A stretch of 64,000 nucleotides of DNA from Stylophora pistillata (Eukaryota), in the NCBI RefSeq assembly GCF_002571385.2, contig NW_019218013.1:11092-75091 (forward strand). Reading direction: 5' to 3'. Position numbers and translations under genes: made by a program. The notes under the pieces are model-generated. The model was not told the DNA's origin. It saw only the letters and a program-made list of their open reading frames with translations, and searched no databases. This document shows, piece by piece, positions 36,401-49,700 of the stretch; within the stretch, counting starts at the first letter, position 1, and each line of letters starts with the position of its first letter.

Positions 36401-38925
36401 ATTAAGATCTCAACACGAAGTAAACCCACTTGTTTGCTGAATGTTAACTCCAACCCACACGAAGGGATAACAAATTGAAACTCTCCCTAACCGATTTATT
36501 TAAAATAAACAAACTACTTTGTCAATACTCTTGTGTCAGAACTCACCAAGGCAATTCTCTGAGCTCAGCTGTCTTTCGAGGAAATCACAACATGCTTTTT
36601 GTACAGACTGCACTTGTAGGATACAAGTCACTGGTAAAAGCTCTTGGACATTGCTCTCTGATATTTCAATTTCACCACTATAGAAGAAGTCCACAATAGC
36701 TTCCATGGCACTTTCATCAAGTTCTTGTAAAGTAACTGTGCTTTGTCGACTCTCTGAAAGGTCTCCTACGAAGAAACAATGAGGATTTCATTCTTATTAA
36801 TTCAGAACTGTCACAGACAACTGCACTTGTCTACAGTGTATGTCAGGAACTGGTTGCAGGTCTACATTTAGTTCATACATGTACAGGTGTATCTGCAAAG
36901 TAACAAACTGTTTACACCTGAACATCAATATGCATATTCTCCATACTGTCCTCTATACATTTCCTTAAGTGATGCCAAGGAAAATATGATTATCAATCAA
37001 AAGCTTCTCTATCTGATGATCATTTCCTTCACTACAGTACATGGTTTGAACCTGGGGCTAACGCGTGAAAATGTAGTGTGATTGTCCGGGTGTGTGTAGT
37101 CCTGAGAAGGTCTGTTGTTGGTGGTGGTGACTGACCTTTTGACAACCTGTGCAGAACTCATCATCAGAGTCAAGTGGATAGTTGTTTTCAGTAGAATGTT
37201 CTTAGTCCAGTTTGTGTAAAATGATCGCTCGGTTCTGCCATAATGTTATTGGCTGGAAGACTCAAGTAGTGTAAGTCAGTCATGATTGGTCTGTTTCAAC
37301 CTGTTTGTAAAGTTAGGTCGTTCTGTTCAGTTTGTTTGTAATGTTACTGTCCTGTCATTTGTATGAAGCCAGTAGTGGTTGACACCAATGTTGAGGGGAG
37401 TCTGTTCTAAGTTAGAAACCAGCTTTCCTTTATTCCTTTTTATTTTCTTTATTCTCCTGACCTTAATGTGAGATTCTGGAATGATATTCTTAGGAGAAAT
37501 TTGATGATGGTCAAGGGGTCAAAGGGTTTTATCAGAATTATCTGAACTGGAAGTGCTCTACCATAATTATTCCTTTGAAACATACCCATTCTAAATAATA
37601 TTGCTATTCTGAAGGTTCTGAGGTACATGTATCAGGCATATAATATTTGAATTACTTTGGATAAATTTACAAAAATATAACAAAATTCAGTGATAAACAT
37701 CCAATTTGAGTGCGTTGTTGCTATTCGCACAGCCCAAGGATCGACTAAAAATAAAAGGAAATAATGTGGCATATGTAACCCAAGCCATCCCATGCAAGTA
37801 CCATAATTTTTGCCATCTGCATTTGCACTTTGTTTTATCCCACAAAACCCCAGCAACAGGCATGTAAATACCCTCAAAAACTCTCAGTCAGATATAAAAA
37901 TTTTCAGTAATTGTTAATTCATTCATTTTTAAGTCAACTGAAAAAGATATTCTTGTTCTTTTTCTTTGCAAAGCAACTCTTACATGACTTTTTTGTAGCT
38001 GCTTATCACTGGCTTTATTGACCAGGGCTACAAAAGTAACTGCACTATGCCCACTACAGGCACAGTCTGAACACATGCTTCAGCAATGTGTTGCCTGTGG
38101 AACAAATTTATCCCTCAGGCGACAAATATTTAAAATCAAACTAGGTCGCAAGATTGATTATTTGGCCAGATCTAAATCTAATGCAAGGAAGCAAGAGTGC
38201 ATAACCACAGCACTTTCAAATTTAAGTTTTGAAGGATGAGGTTGCCACAGGTAATTAAAACAAAATAGCTATAAAACTTGGGTGCCAAAGGACTACCGGC
38301 CTCTTGAAGGCTGAGCGAGCATTCCAAGCGTGTTTTGAAAAGTATCCTGTGTATGCAATTTTTACACAACCGAACAGTGGATTACTTGAGTTATCTGATT
38401 AGGAACACAATTGAAACATAACTTTTGTTCCCCTTAGTGTATTTAATCTATTTCTTAAGGCAAAATAAAGTTATTTTGGAGATCAAGTTTCCATTTAGTA
38501 AGGCAAGTAAAGGTATTTTCTTTTCTTGAGCGAAAACAGTGGAAAGTTTATTGGCAACTCTAGCACATTACCCAACAAAGTGTGAAGTACTATCTACAGT
38601 AGTATGAAGGAACCAGACTGCCTTATAATGAAACCTCTGATAGCTAAATTTGCTAAGCACATGACTTACCAGTAAACATAGCTTTGAAATAGGGACTACT
38701 TGCAGCCAAAATAACTCTATGAGCTGATATACTGGTACTGCCCACCTTCAGTACTACATCACACAGGTCTTCATCTCCACGCAATGACTTCAGGGCAGTA
38801 ACCAGATCCTTACTGTGCGCAACATCAGCAAAAAGATATTGACGTCTTACAATGCTGCTCTCACTGTCACCTCGGTAAGGGCTATGTGCAAAGGATACAG
38901 GGGAGTTCCTATGAGGGGAAGCCAT
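30455..38925 (-). CDS. Kelch-like BTB-BACK-6xKelch protein. Coding exons 38925-38670, 36765-36547, 35514-35288, 34334-34225, 32971-32778, 32532-32326, 31625-31394, 30682-30455; last exon not found; probable 5' UTR exon ending at 41713
   Basis: BTB ([26 protein letters not shown]), BACK ([19 protein letters not shown]), six Kelch repeats (YAIGG..YDP..W..M..R); phases consistent at all junctions. Confidence 0.92.
33060..33786. mobile_element. Putative non-autonomous TIR element in a Kelch intron
   Basis: Ends TTGTCACTCGTGAG / CTCGTGAGTTACAA form an imperfect inverted repeat; internal tandem duplication GTAATTGACCTATTAAAGTTCGGAAAACC. Confidence 0.4.
34884..35040. mobile_element. MITE (second copy ~52476-52641)
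   Basis: Two similar copies; inverted ends GGCTGTGGTCTAA / TTAGAGCACAGCC. Confidence 0.65.
35584..35795. mobile_element. piggyBac-like TTAA MITE (related copies ~42610-42908, ~43930-44456, ~48197-48410, ~48895-49105)
   Basis: TTAACCCTTT...AAG(A/G)GTTAA termini; many diverged copies within the window. Confidence 0.65.
35984..36164. mobile_element. MITE with CAGGGGTTTCATT TIRs (inverted second copy 50134-50305)
   Basis: 13-bp TIRs in both copies and shared internal sequence. Confidence 0.75.
37070..37420 (-). mobile_element. Penelope-like fragment with degenerate hammerhead
   Basis: Minus strand TGACTCTGATGATGAG..GGTTGTCAAAAGGTCAGTCA..CAGGACTACACACACCCGGACAATCAC; GAAAC core mutated. Confidence 0.55.
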
Positions 38926-41900
38926 TGGGGAGCCTCTGTGAAGAGGACGGGAATCTACAGCCAAGACATAAAAGACAAAGAGACATCAGGCATTACGCAC
39001 ATATTATATCTCATGAATATGTTTTATCTAGACGTGCCAACAAAAGATATTTCATTTGAAAGTAAACATGTACATAAATAACAATTGATTCATTGTCACT
39101 GTGTGTCTGTTCTGAAGTAGACCACAAACCTGATGACATTAAAATGTGGTAAGTACAAAAGAGTAGCATGTGAGGCACAGCTGAGTGTGTCAGCAATTGT
39201 CTGAGCACATTATTACATTCTAATTGCAATCTACATGTATTACTAAACAAACCCACTGTAACATGGAATCTATCGTATTTCTCTCATCAAAATGAAGCAA
39301 AAAAGTTGCTTCATAAAGTTAATGCTCAATGTCACCCAGGTATCTGTCCTTCAACAGATCATAAAAACCAATCAAATAAGCGTGTAAGAAAGCTCATTAT
39401 ATAATTAGTAAAATAATATGGTCACTCTCTATTAAGAATGCACATGAATTCATGCAATTTCATCTCAAATTCTTGTGTTTGTTTGTTTAGCTTTCATGAT
39501 GTTGACACAATGTTCTAAGCCCTGTTCTTGTTTTTCAATCAATCCCCATTGTAAACTTCATTTTGGTATATTTTGGTTTTTGGACTGCCATCTCCCCAAA
39601 TATACAAATAAGTGATATAAATATATTACTTATAATTAGAAACTTTATTTGATTTACCACAAGTCTCCAGTAAGCGCATCTGAAATTTTCAATCAAAAGC
39701 TCCCAAAGGAACAAAAATAAACTCTTTAGAAGGAGAAATGCAGTCAAATAAAGTTATGAATTTTGACTATGATATAATTAAATTTAAGTATTTAGAGAAA
39801 GTACAAAGTCTTTCCAGGCTTACAGACCCTAACTGATTTGCACTTGGGCTACTAATGTTGTATACCCCATTTCTTTAAAAAAAAAATAAAGACAGAAAAG
39901 GTTGAGCCTAATTTAGACACTTTTCTGAGAGAAGAAAAGAAAAAATATACAACCAATGCTATAGATCCCCATTTAAATAAAAAGCAATGTTGGATTAACA
40001 GATCAGGGAACCATATAAGTCAACAACTAGCGGATTTGCACACCGCAAATCACTCCTTCATTTCCAGCGTAAGGTTAAAGTATATAAATGTTATGAGTAT
40101 GTTTTTGTTGTTGTTTCCACTTGTTAGCAATTTAAGAATTGTTTTCAGAGCATCTAAGAATCAGACAAAAAATACTCTAAACTAATCAAGCTTACAGCTT
40201 AAATGGAAAAATCACACATGTATTTAATTCTTGCTCCCTATGAAGTATTAAGTCTTGAATTCTTCAAAAAAATAAATAACACAGAATTTTAACAATATTA
40301 CCAATTCTCTATTTTGGTGAGAGTACTAAAATTTATGAATAGCTTGGTCTAACAGAAAAACATAATTTAAATTCCTATTCTTCTGGATGGCAAAAACCAT
40401 GGGTAATTATCATAAACAGAATCTTACCCCCAATCAATACAGGCTAAACTTACAACTTAGATCTTGCTTGAAATGTTTATTTAATATATGTTTGTTTTGT
40501 GATCAACAAACTGCTTGGATAAATTTATATGAAGGTCAAAAATACAAACCTTTGAATCTAAACATTGCCTGTTGCTATCAAGGTGAATGTGAACTATTTG
40601 GTGACTGCCCTCTTGTGAACACCAAAAATCATAAATATTTCAACAAAAATATAATTTTGCAATTTCACTCAGCTTATTCAAATTTACGGACTATAAATTA
40701 TTGAAATGCAATTTGCACGTGGAAATACAAGAAGATCTGCGCACCTCTCAAACAAAAAATGTGTTGCCAATTTTATCATGAACGGTGGGCAAGTTTATAC
40801 TTGCTGCATAAGTAAAAGTTCAAAAAAGTAACATTAGCCTGCCTATCAGTATAGAAACTGGCAGATGTTGATCTGCCCATGCAGAACTTTAGGAATTGAT
40901 AACAAAGGAACAAGAAAATTATTAGTTCGCTGGTGACGAAGGATTCGTGATTTTGATTCACTAAATTCGTGATCAAGGCCAATTGGAGCGGAAATGCTTA
41001 TTGAAGCGGAATGCTAGTTCATCCTAGATTAAAACAAAAAACACGAATAGTTTCGTATTTAATATGATAAAAATAATTTCCTATTTAGAGCAAAAAAGAG
41101 TATGTTTAAACGAATATTGTAAACGTGAATTAAGGATTTCATAAAGTCGTTGCCTAGTCGAAAAAATTTTCTTTGTACGTGCTCTGCTGTAGACCACCAA
41201 CTGCGAAATTCAAACAGTAATCATATCGAAATACGACAAACGTTCACATAGAACTTCTGATAAATTAAGCGTAAGTTTGTGCAACAATTTCTGACACAAA
41301 TACTCTTTACGGCAGGCAAGCATTTAGGATGACGACTCCAAATATAACGTTCATTTATTGATCTGAGAGACAACCCAGTTCAATTAAAGACCACCGGCTT
41401 GCTCAGACTCGGTACTTCCAAATCAAAAAATATCTTAGATTAACAAGCTCACTTTAAGGCGAAAAATACTTTCGCCATCCTAAGCACATAAAGAAATGTA
41501 TTATATCTGTACATTTCGAAAACGAAATGCCCACAGTCACACACAAGCGGAACATTACGCTGAAGTTAGCTTCCAATATTTAAAGACACTTCTAATTCTT
41601 GTTTCTGCCATGGTGCCAATTCAATCGCGTTATAAATCCAACTGTCCAAATCACATAAACATGTCGAAACTTACACAAGCATAAACACCAGTGCTAATAG
41701 GTCTACACTCACCAATAGACGCCGTTTTGAGATGTTTCAGGGGGAGCACTGCATAAAAAAAAATTATTTGATACAACTCCGCTCAGTCAGCAACTTCTTT
41801 ACAAGACCAAAGTTGAAAAGCAAAAGCTACGTCATCGATCGTCTGCCAAATTTGGAACGCGCCGCATTCTAGCATTTCCGGTCAGTCACGCAATAATGGA

Positions 41901-43161
41901 TATAAGATAAAGTGGCTTTCTGTTTCAACTCGTGGATTTAGAAGGGTAAAAATACCGATTTTGACGATGAACACTGATCGCATTCTTTATATTGCCCTGC
42001 ATTCTGAGATTTTCCTTTTCAATCTTTTTTGTCGTTGTTTTTTGAGGTTTTGAAACGTGAAAAATTAAATATCTCACGCTACCAGCACAAGGAATGCGTG
42101 GATAAAATAAATTTAACCAGCTCACCAAGTTTTCCTTTTTTTCATGGTCCATTTCAGTCCAAATCCGACCATAGTATCGTGTATCGTTCTTTAGGGAGCC
42201 TATTGCTCCTTCGCGATGATTTTTTTCATTGCTGTTACTAAATCAACGAAGACGATAACACAAAAATGTGCAGTGGACCAGCCAAAGAGTATTAGCAAAG
42301 TTGAGGCACGACCAGTTTGCTGGTACCCCTTTATACACCCATGCATGGAGAGAGGTACCATGTGATTTAGCGTCTTGCTCAAGAACGCAACCCAGTGACC
42401 TTGCTACATCTTGAACACAGACCTTTCATCCCAGATTCCAGCCGGTTAACCTTTGGGTGCAGAGAACGTGTCTTGGTAGCAATCAGTGCTTACATGTTAG
42501 TGGAAAGCAAGAAAAAATAATGAAGATGAGAAACAATTTGGATGGAGTTCAGTTTTGTTGAATATCCCCGTAAAAGAAGTCACTCGGAAAGTAAAGGAAA
42601 ATTAAGGGATTAACCCTTTACAACTCTAACATCAGTAGGGATATTCTCCATACTGTTATCCAAGCATTTTCTAAGGTGTCATTAAGAAGAATTTGTTAAA
42701 CAATCAAGAGCTTTTTTAGTAGGTGATCATTTCCTTTATTCTCATGACCTTAATGTGTGATTCAGGGGTGATACTGTAAGGAGAAATTAGATGCTGGTCA
42801 CTCTTATGCTGATCATTTCCTTTATTCTCATGACCTTAATGTGTGATTCAGGGGTGATACTGTAAGGAGAAATAAGATGCCAGTCACTCTTAGGAGTCAA
42901 TAGGCTAAATAAAGACAACACAAAGGCTCACCAAGTGTCTGAAGTGCATCAAGTGTAATTTTATTTGACTGCATATTTTTATATTTCTCATATTCATATG
43001 ACCTTTTTTAAATAATTATTACAATTCACCAATGAATTTTCTACAGTTCCCACTCGTCAGAAATGTTCAACTAAAAGAAAACAATTGAATTTGTCCAATT
43101 TGGCTGTGAGTATGACAATGTCATCACAAGTCACCTCAGTCAGTTGAAGCCTCCGCAACTC

Positions 43162-46100
43162 TTATACCAGCCTTCCAAGGTAAATTGACTTAGGAAAAAT
43201 TGTTTGAAGCTGTTTCCATTGAACAATAAAATAATCTGCAAAGCAGTACAATATTTTCCCTGATAATGATAGTGTCTTTACTCTGCAGATACTTTCAACA
43301 AACACCATGGTGATATCCCTTATACCAAAAACCTGAAAAAAGAAAGAAACAAACCAAAAAAATCACTCAATACAATATTTAGGTGCATAACGATCACCAC
43401 ATGTAAGTGCTAAAATGTATTTTTATTCATTGCTTTGTTTTACACAACATGAAAAAAAGAGAATTTTGACTGGAGAGGATGAAGTAATTATGAAAATTAC
43501 CACATTATCTGATTAGCACATCAATTTGTTATACATGTATATGTAAATGAAGATTGACACAAACTTTCTTACTTTTAAGGCAAAAGCTGCCACACAAATC
43601 GGAATGCATGTCCCTGGACCATTACACAGAATCTGGAGGGAAAAAAAACATTCTATCTTTAAATTAAAAAAATTGCATTGCAAAAGAGGTATTGCAAGGT
43701 ATTATACATTGTAGCTGACTTAATAGACTCAGAGGCTGTTCTGTTAAATAGCACCTCAGCACCTTAGGGAACTAAATTTTTTCTTGAGCAACCTATCTCA
43801 CTTTGCTTATGTGGAAGGTTTTGCAGTTTGGGACTACAGATTTTTTTTGGACAAAGGCACTCCGTGATTCTTCTGCGGGCATTAGTATAATGAGAAGAAC
43901 TTTATAAACATGCTGGAAAGCTTGATTCTCAACCCTTTCCACCCTAACATCAGTAAGTATATGTTGTAGGTCAATTTGTTCTTTAAGTAAATTTGTTTCA
44001 AACTAGGTCAATTTGATCTCAACCTAGATCAGTTGCTGATGTCTGTCTGTCTGTTTTTTTGTTTTTTTTTCGGCTGTGTTGAGATGTCTGAAAGGTCACT
44101 TATGGGAGGTTTGACTGTATTTTAAAAATAATTTCAGGTTCCAGACATCTCAACACAGCCAAAATAAAAACAGACAGACAGACAGACATCAGCAACTGAC
44201 CTAGGTTGAGATCAAATTAAGCTAGTTTGAAACAAATTTACCTAAAGAACAAATTGACCTACAACATATATTCTCCATACTGTTCTCTATATATTTCCTA
44301 AGGTGCTGACAAGGAGAATTTGTTGAAAAATCAAGAGTTTCTTTAGTTGGTGATCATTTCCTTTAATCTTGTGACCATAATGTTTGATTCAGAGGGTGAT
44401 ATTGTAAGGAATAAGTAGATGTTAGTCACGCTTGCTTGTAAAACTCAAAGGGTTGAATAAAATGCAGGGAAAGTCTGAACAGCTGCCAGAAAAGGCCACA
44501 TTGAACCTAAAGCCTTAACACCTAGCACAGGAAATCTTATTCTGTGGCAGGAAATACTTGTATCAAGTACTCACCAAATCTGGTTTCTCTTGTAACACAA
44601 CAGGAAATGAAAATGTCAAGGCATTTAAAGTTGTAAAGATTGTAGATAGCCACGATTGACTGACCTCTCTACTGCGTGGAATTTGAACAATTCTAAACTG
44701 TGTGAAAAAGACATAAATAAAAGTGTCTTAAGGGAGTTATGTTTTCATTCAATAAAGATAACTATGAAAATATAAAGATATCATTATTCTATGATATGAT
44801 TACATTGCATGTACCAGTACCTCTGATTTATTCTCATCTTCCTTGTTCTTGGATTTTTCAAAACTATCAATCTTGACTACACTCATTTTGTCCGTCTCAG
44901 CAACAATATAGATCCTTGGTTCATAACAAGAGGACAGTGACCCCATAAGTCTTAGCATCTCTGAAGTATGACCACCTGGAAAAAAAATGTAGCATGCTCA
45001 ATTTGGAGGTCAAAGGAAAAAGTGAAGGCTTAATTTCCTAGATGATTTGGTTTTATCAACTGAGTTGATAAGGTAAGTCAACCACTATGAAGAGTTTCCA
45101 AAGCTGATTTTTCAAGTGTTCACCCTTCCTCAGCACTTGAAACATCCTTCAATCATCTTGTAATACCCCCCACCAATGCAGCACCACAGTTTCTTTAGAC
45201 ACTTACCGCCCTTAATTCCTTAGAACATATCATGAATATATTGTAACCATTTTTAATACAATAGCACAGAGTCCAAGTGACTGGATCAGCAACACAATGT
45301 ACATTTAACCCTTTGAAACCCTGATCTAATGACTGATTCTCTTAAAAGCAGACCCTTATGGTTATCTATATCAAGACAAATGAAGTATCTTTGAAGGGAG
45401 AGGAAAAAGAAAAAGAAGGCATTCCCTGTCAAATATTTTCTTAATTCTCATTCTCACATTGTGGGGAGAATGGGGTACATTTCTGTACAGCCCCAAACTA
45501 GTTGAGTGCCTGGTATTGTTGTTCCTTTATTCTGTGTGTCTGTTTTTTTTTTATTTTTTTTCTAATTTTAATCCTAAATAATCAGTACCTAAATTACACC
45601 ATACAACTGAGAATGGCAAGTTATGCGATCATCTCCGTCTATAAACTGGAAGAACTTACACCACTGACGCAGTCTGTATATATTGTATGATTTAACGCCG
45701 TTAGTAAATGGCGTAAAATCCTACGGTATGTATAATACCAATGAGAAAAAATTACACCATTAGTTAGTGGTGTAAAATCATACACTTACAGTATAACAAA
45801 ATAGTCACATATGTGCATTATATCTATTCCATATAGCTGATGTCTCACTTTGTAAAATACGAGGAGCCTGTAGCTCGCATAAGCTTATTGGTTTCTCTAC
45901 AGGTTTCCTTACTACATGTTAAGTTTTCAGTTGTATTATATCAAATAAATGTGAATGTAATTCCTTTTATTAATACTGATGACTATTATAACTACAAAAT
46001 GGCAAAATAGACAAAAATAAATAAATACTATTTTAATTAAACAAAGCTATATCTCAAAGGCATCAGTTGTTTTTGCCATTGTTTTCTTTATACGAGAACA

Positions 46101-46527
46101 ATATGCAGAGTAAAAAATGGGGTTGTGCAGAAATCTTGCAGTAGAACGTACTAAATGATCATTCCAAGAAGAGAAAGGGTTCTTAATGATATTACATCTA
46201 CAGGTACACTGAATTACCGCTACCTTTATCTCTAAAATTCATGCTCATATTAAAATTAGATCAAAAATTGAAACAAAAATTCTGCTTATCTACTGACTTT
46301 TCAAAAAAATGAGAACTACAGGATCGATTCGGTAACACTTAAAACTTGAGGAACTTGTAGATAAGCATACCTGAGCCGGCAACCACCATGACTTTAACTG
46401 ACTTTCTCCTATCCAAAGGAACATGATTTCGTTTTTTCTTCAACACATATACGGTGCGAAGTATTAGTAAAGAAGCTAAGAAAAGAATCGCTGCCAAAGA
46501 TACGTAAAAAGTCGACCAGAAATCCAT
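43162..46527 (-). CDS. ALG14: UDP-N-acetylglucosamine transferase subunit ALG14. Exons 46527-46371, 44975-44821, 44697-44575, 43632-43573, 43332-43162
   Basis: N-terminal TM helix, VVAGSGGHTSEM, IPRSREVSQS, ILCNGPGTCIP, FVESICRV, VQW, terminal YLGRLV*. Confidence 0.96.
43962..44266. mobile_element. Fold-back element with ~130-bp inverted arms, TA-flanked, nested in a TTAA MITE
   Basis: TGTTGTAGGTCAATTTGTTC... / ...GAACAAATTGACCTACAACA; the host MITE resumes on both sides. Confidence 0.8.
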
Positions 46528-46735
46528 AATTTGATCGCAATTTCTTCAAAAGTCACGAAAAAGGTTATGAGCACCCAAACGATTAGGCATTGCCGCTGAA
46601 TGTATGTAGGCTCAAGAATTCTAGCGTGACACAAAATCATCCAGCTTGCCACGTGCCATGGATAACCATTTGTTTTTTCATAGTTGACCACGCATTTCGC
46701 CACACTACAAATATTCATGAGTGGATTTGTTTAAG
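46528..46735. promoter_or_regulatory. Bidirectional promoter region ALG14 / TLCD4
   Basis: Divergent ATGs are 208 bp apart; CACGTG E-box at 46650-46655. Confidence 0.7.
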
Positions 46736-49700
46736 ATGAATGGATATGGTAAGTGTCCCTTTCTTGAAGCACTCGCCTCAAGCTCTATTGCGCTTTGTTG
46801 TCGTTCAAATATCTTCTCGCGCCTGACGGATGTAAAGGAATTTTATCCTGATCGATCATTTCATCCTGATTGATCGCTCGAATGCGCAAGCTCTGAAGAG
46901 TGTCGTCTGCCATTTCGAGTGTTACTGATTTGTGCTTTTTATCGTATATGGGATATTGACATGTTCAGTCACCGTTGTGTGGGAGAGCTCGTTAACAGAC
47001 TCGACGTGTATACCTTCCACATTACTCCCCTCTTCGCTAAGTGGTCAGTTGAATGATGGCTTTTTTGTGGTCGGCCTACAAGAACGCGAAGAAGGTTGGA
47101 TGGTGTGAAATTTGGTGAACGGTTTGACAGTCGATGGAGGGAAGATACTACAGTATAATCCATCCAGCCCCACCTTTTTTCTCTGTTTTTGTTTGTTTTT
47201 CTGTTTGTGACAGTCGATGGAGGGAAGATACTACAGTATAATCCATCCAGCCCCACCTTTTTTCTCTGTTTTTGTTTGTTTTTCTGTTTGTTTTTCTGTT
47301 TGTTTTTGGCTTCATATACACCAAGGGTTGCTAGGTAATCCATTCTTTTAGACAGTCAGGGGCCAGAGTCACATTTGGGGTGGGGTACGATGGCGATAGA
47401 TGGTAAGATGTGATAGGTTTGGTGTGAAGAATCAGTGGTAAGGAGTTAGTGGTGAAGAGTGAGTTGTGATAGCTGAGGAATGAGAGATGTGTGGAAGTCA
47501 AATGGTATGATAACCGGAACACGAAACACTGACCATATCACACCTATTTTAAAGAGTCTACATTGGCTGCCACTCGAAGCAAGAGTTAATTTTAAGATAT
47601 AACTTATAACTAATAAGATCTTAAATGAGCAATCTACTAGTTATTTAGAACCTATTATACAAGAATACCACCCATCAAGAACACTGAGATCATCAACTCG
47701 CTTACAGTTATGCATCCCACCTTTTAAATCCAATTCCTATGGTGGACGCGCTTTTTCAGTATCTGCACCAAAACTATGGAACTCAATTCCCAAATATATT
47801 AAAAAGAGCAGAAACAGTAGAAACATTCAAAACTAGGCTTAAGACATTTTTGTTTAAAAAACATTACTGTTAATTAAGATTAGAAATGCGCCCTATAAGC
47901 ATCTATTTATTATTATTATTATTATTATTATGAAAGGGGTGAAGAATGAGGATACATGCTCAGAGGGTTGAGGGGTATGGCTACACAGGTGATACACTGA
48001 GGGGTAAGGAATGATGATGGAGGGTGACAAAATGGAATGTGGAAGCAAATGATGAGGAGTAGGGAATGACAGATGTAGGAAGAAAGGAACTTGGACATGA
48101 GAAAAAAAGTTAGAGAGGACGATGATGATGTTGATGATAATGATGGTGACGATGAAGAGGAAAAGTAAAAGTAACAGATGAAGAAGCCCTTCCCTGAACC
48201 CTTTAACTCCCATGAGTGAGCAGAACACAATAATTTCTCCTTATAACATTGATTCAATATCAAGCAGACTAAAATTATGACAGAAAATAAAAATATAAAT
48301 TAGGGGATTATAAGTTGATCCAAACCCTAATTCTTTTAATGGACATCATGAAAATTCTATGGGAGATGGTAAGGAGAATTACCAATAAAGCAAATGAGAT
48401 CTTTGAGGGTTTCTTTTTCTTCTTTTTTTTTAACTCAGTCTATGGTCTTTTTCTGGTGAATGATGCACAACCCCTCTGACAAAGTAAAGTTAGCTGTAAT
48501 GTATTTGTCATAAATCCTGGAATGAACTAAGCCAACCAAGAGTGGGTTAAATATACTTGTTGAGTCCTTGATATAAAATTAAGGTATGTCAATTTAACCT
48601 TTTTGTTCAAAACTAAATGTAATTTCATCGTTTGTTCTTAATCCCTTTCTTTTAGGTGCTGATGAACACAAGAAGGATTTGAACATTTTCAGTCTTTATG
48701 TGTATACATCAGCAGCCAGTTTTCTACTCTGTCTGACTTTATTTTATTTTGTGAGCCCAAGATTCTCAGCACGGATTTCCTCAGGATACTGTGGGCTCAG
48801 TGTCACCAAAAAAACTGACTGGGACACAAGGTTATACTGATTGTTATCACTACCAGACCTTCTATCATTTCTATAATTCCCTCTCCTTCCCCTAAAATCC
48901 TATAACTTTTAGAAGTGATGAATATGTAACTTCTCCCCACAAAATCCATATATTATCCAGCAAATAGATTATGAGAATATTCAATCTTATCAGATTAAAG
49001 TCGTTGTCTTTGTCTAACATCAAATTCTCAAAAACTAATTTAAAAGGAGATTTCTAGCAGCTGGAGGGTAGAATTAACAATCAGATCTTGGTAGTAAAAG
49101 AGTCAAGCCTTTATGATCTGTATGAAAGTGATCCTCTTCAATGCCTGTCAACTTTTTTCTCTTTCTTACTGCTCCTCCACATCCACAGTAGCTTGCAGTG
49201 CAATCAAACAAGTCATTTAAATACCATGGGTTTGGTAATATGTTCAGTGTTGTAAACTGTCTTTGACAAGCATACCACTCTTTCATAGCTCTCTCTCCAT
49301 TTTTCATCAGCTGTATTCTCATTCCACTTTTTATTTTCATTCAGCCTTTCCTTTTCTTATTTTCATTTATTTTCCTTCTTTTCCAACTCCATCCAAAATG
49401 ATGGTGTTGGACAATCGTGTTAGACAATCGTGTTCCCAAACAGTTTCCTTCTCTGAAAGGTAATAAATAATTGAATAGTTTAAATCTAAGAGAGTTTGCT
49501 GGCAAAGAAAAATTAATCCATTAGGTAAACCCCAAGATCTGACTGATAATTTCCTTCTCTAGCTGCCTCACATTTCCTTGTAAACAAACTGGCTATGATA
49601 ATTGATGTTTGATCATGATAGTTCCAATCTGATAAACAAACAATCAAAAGTGCCATTTGCAAGCAATGAAAAGTCTACATAGTAGGTAAAGGGGGATACA

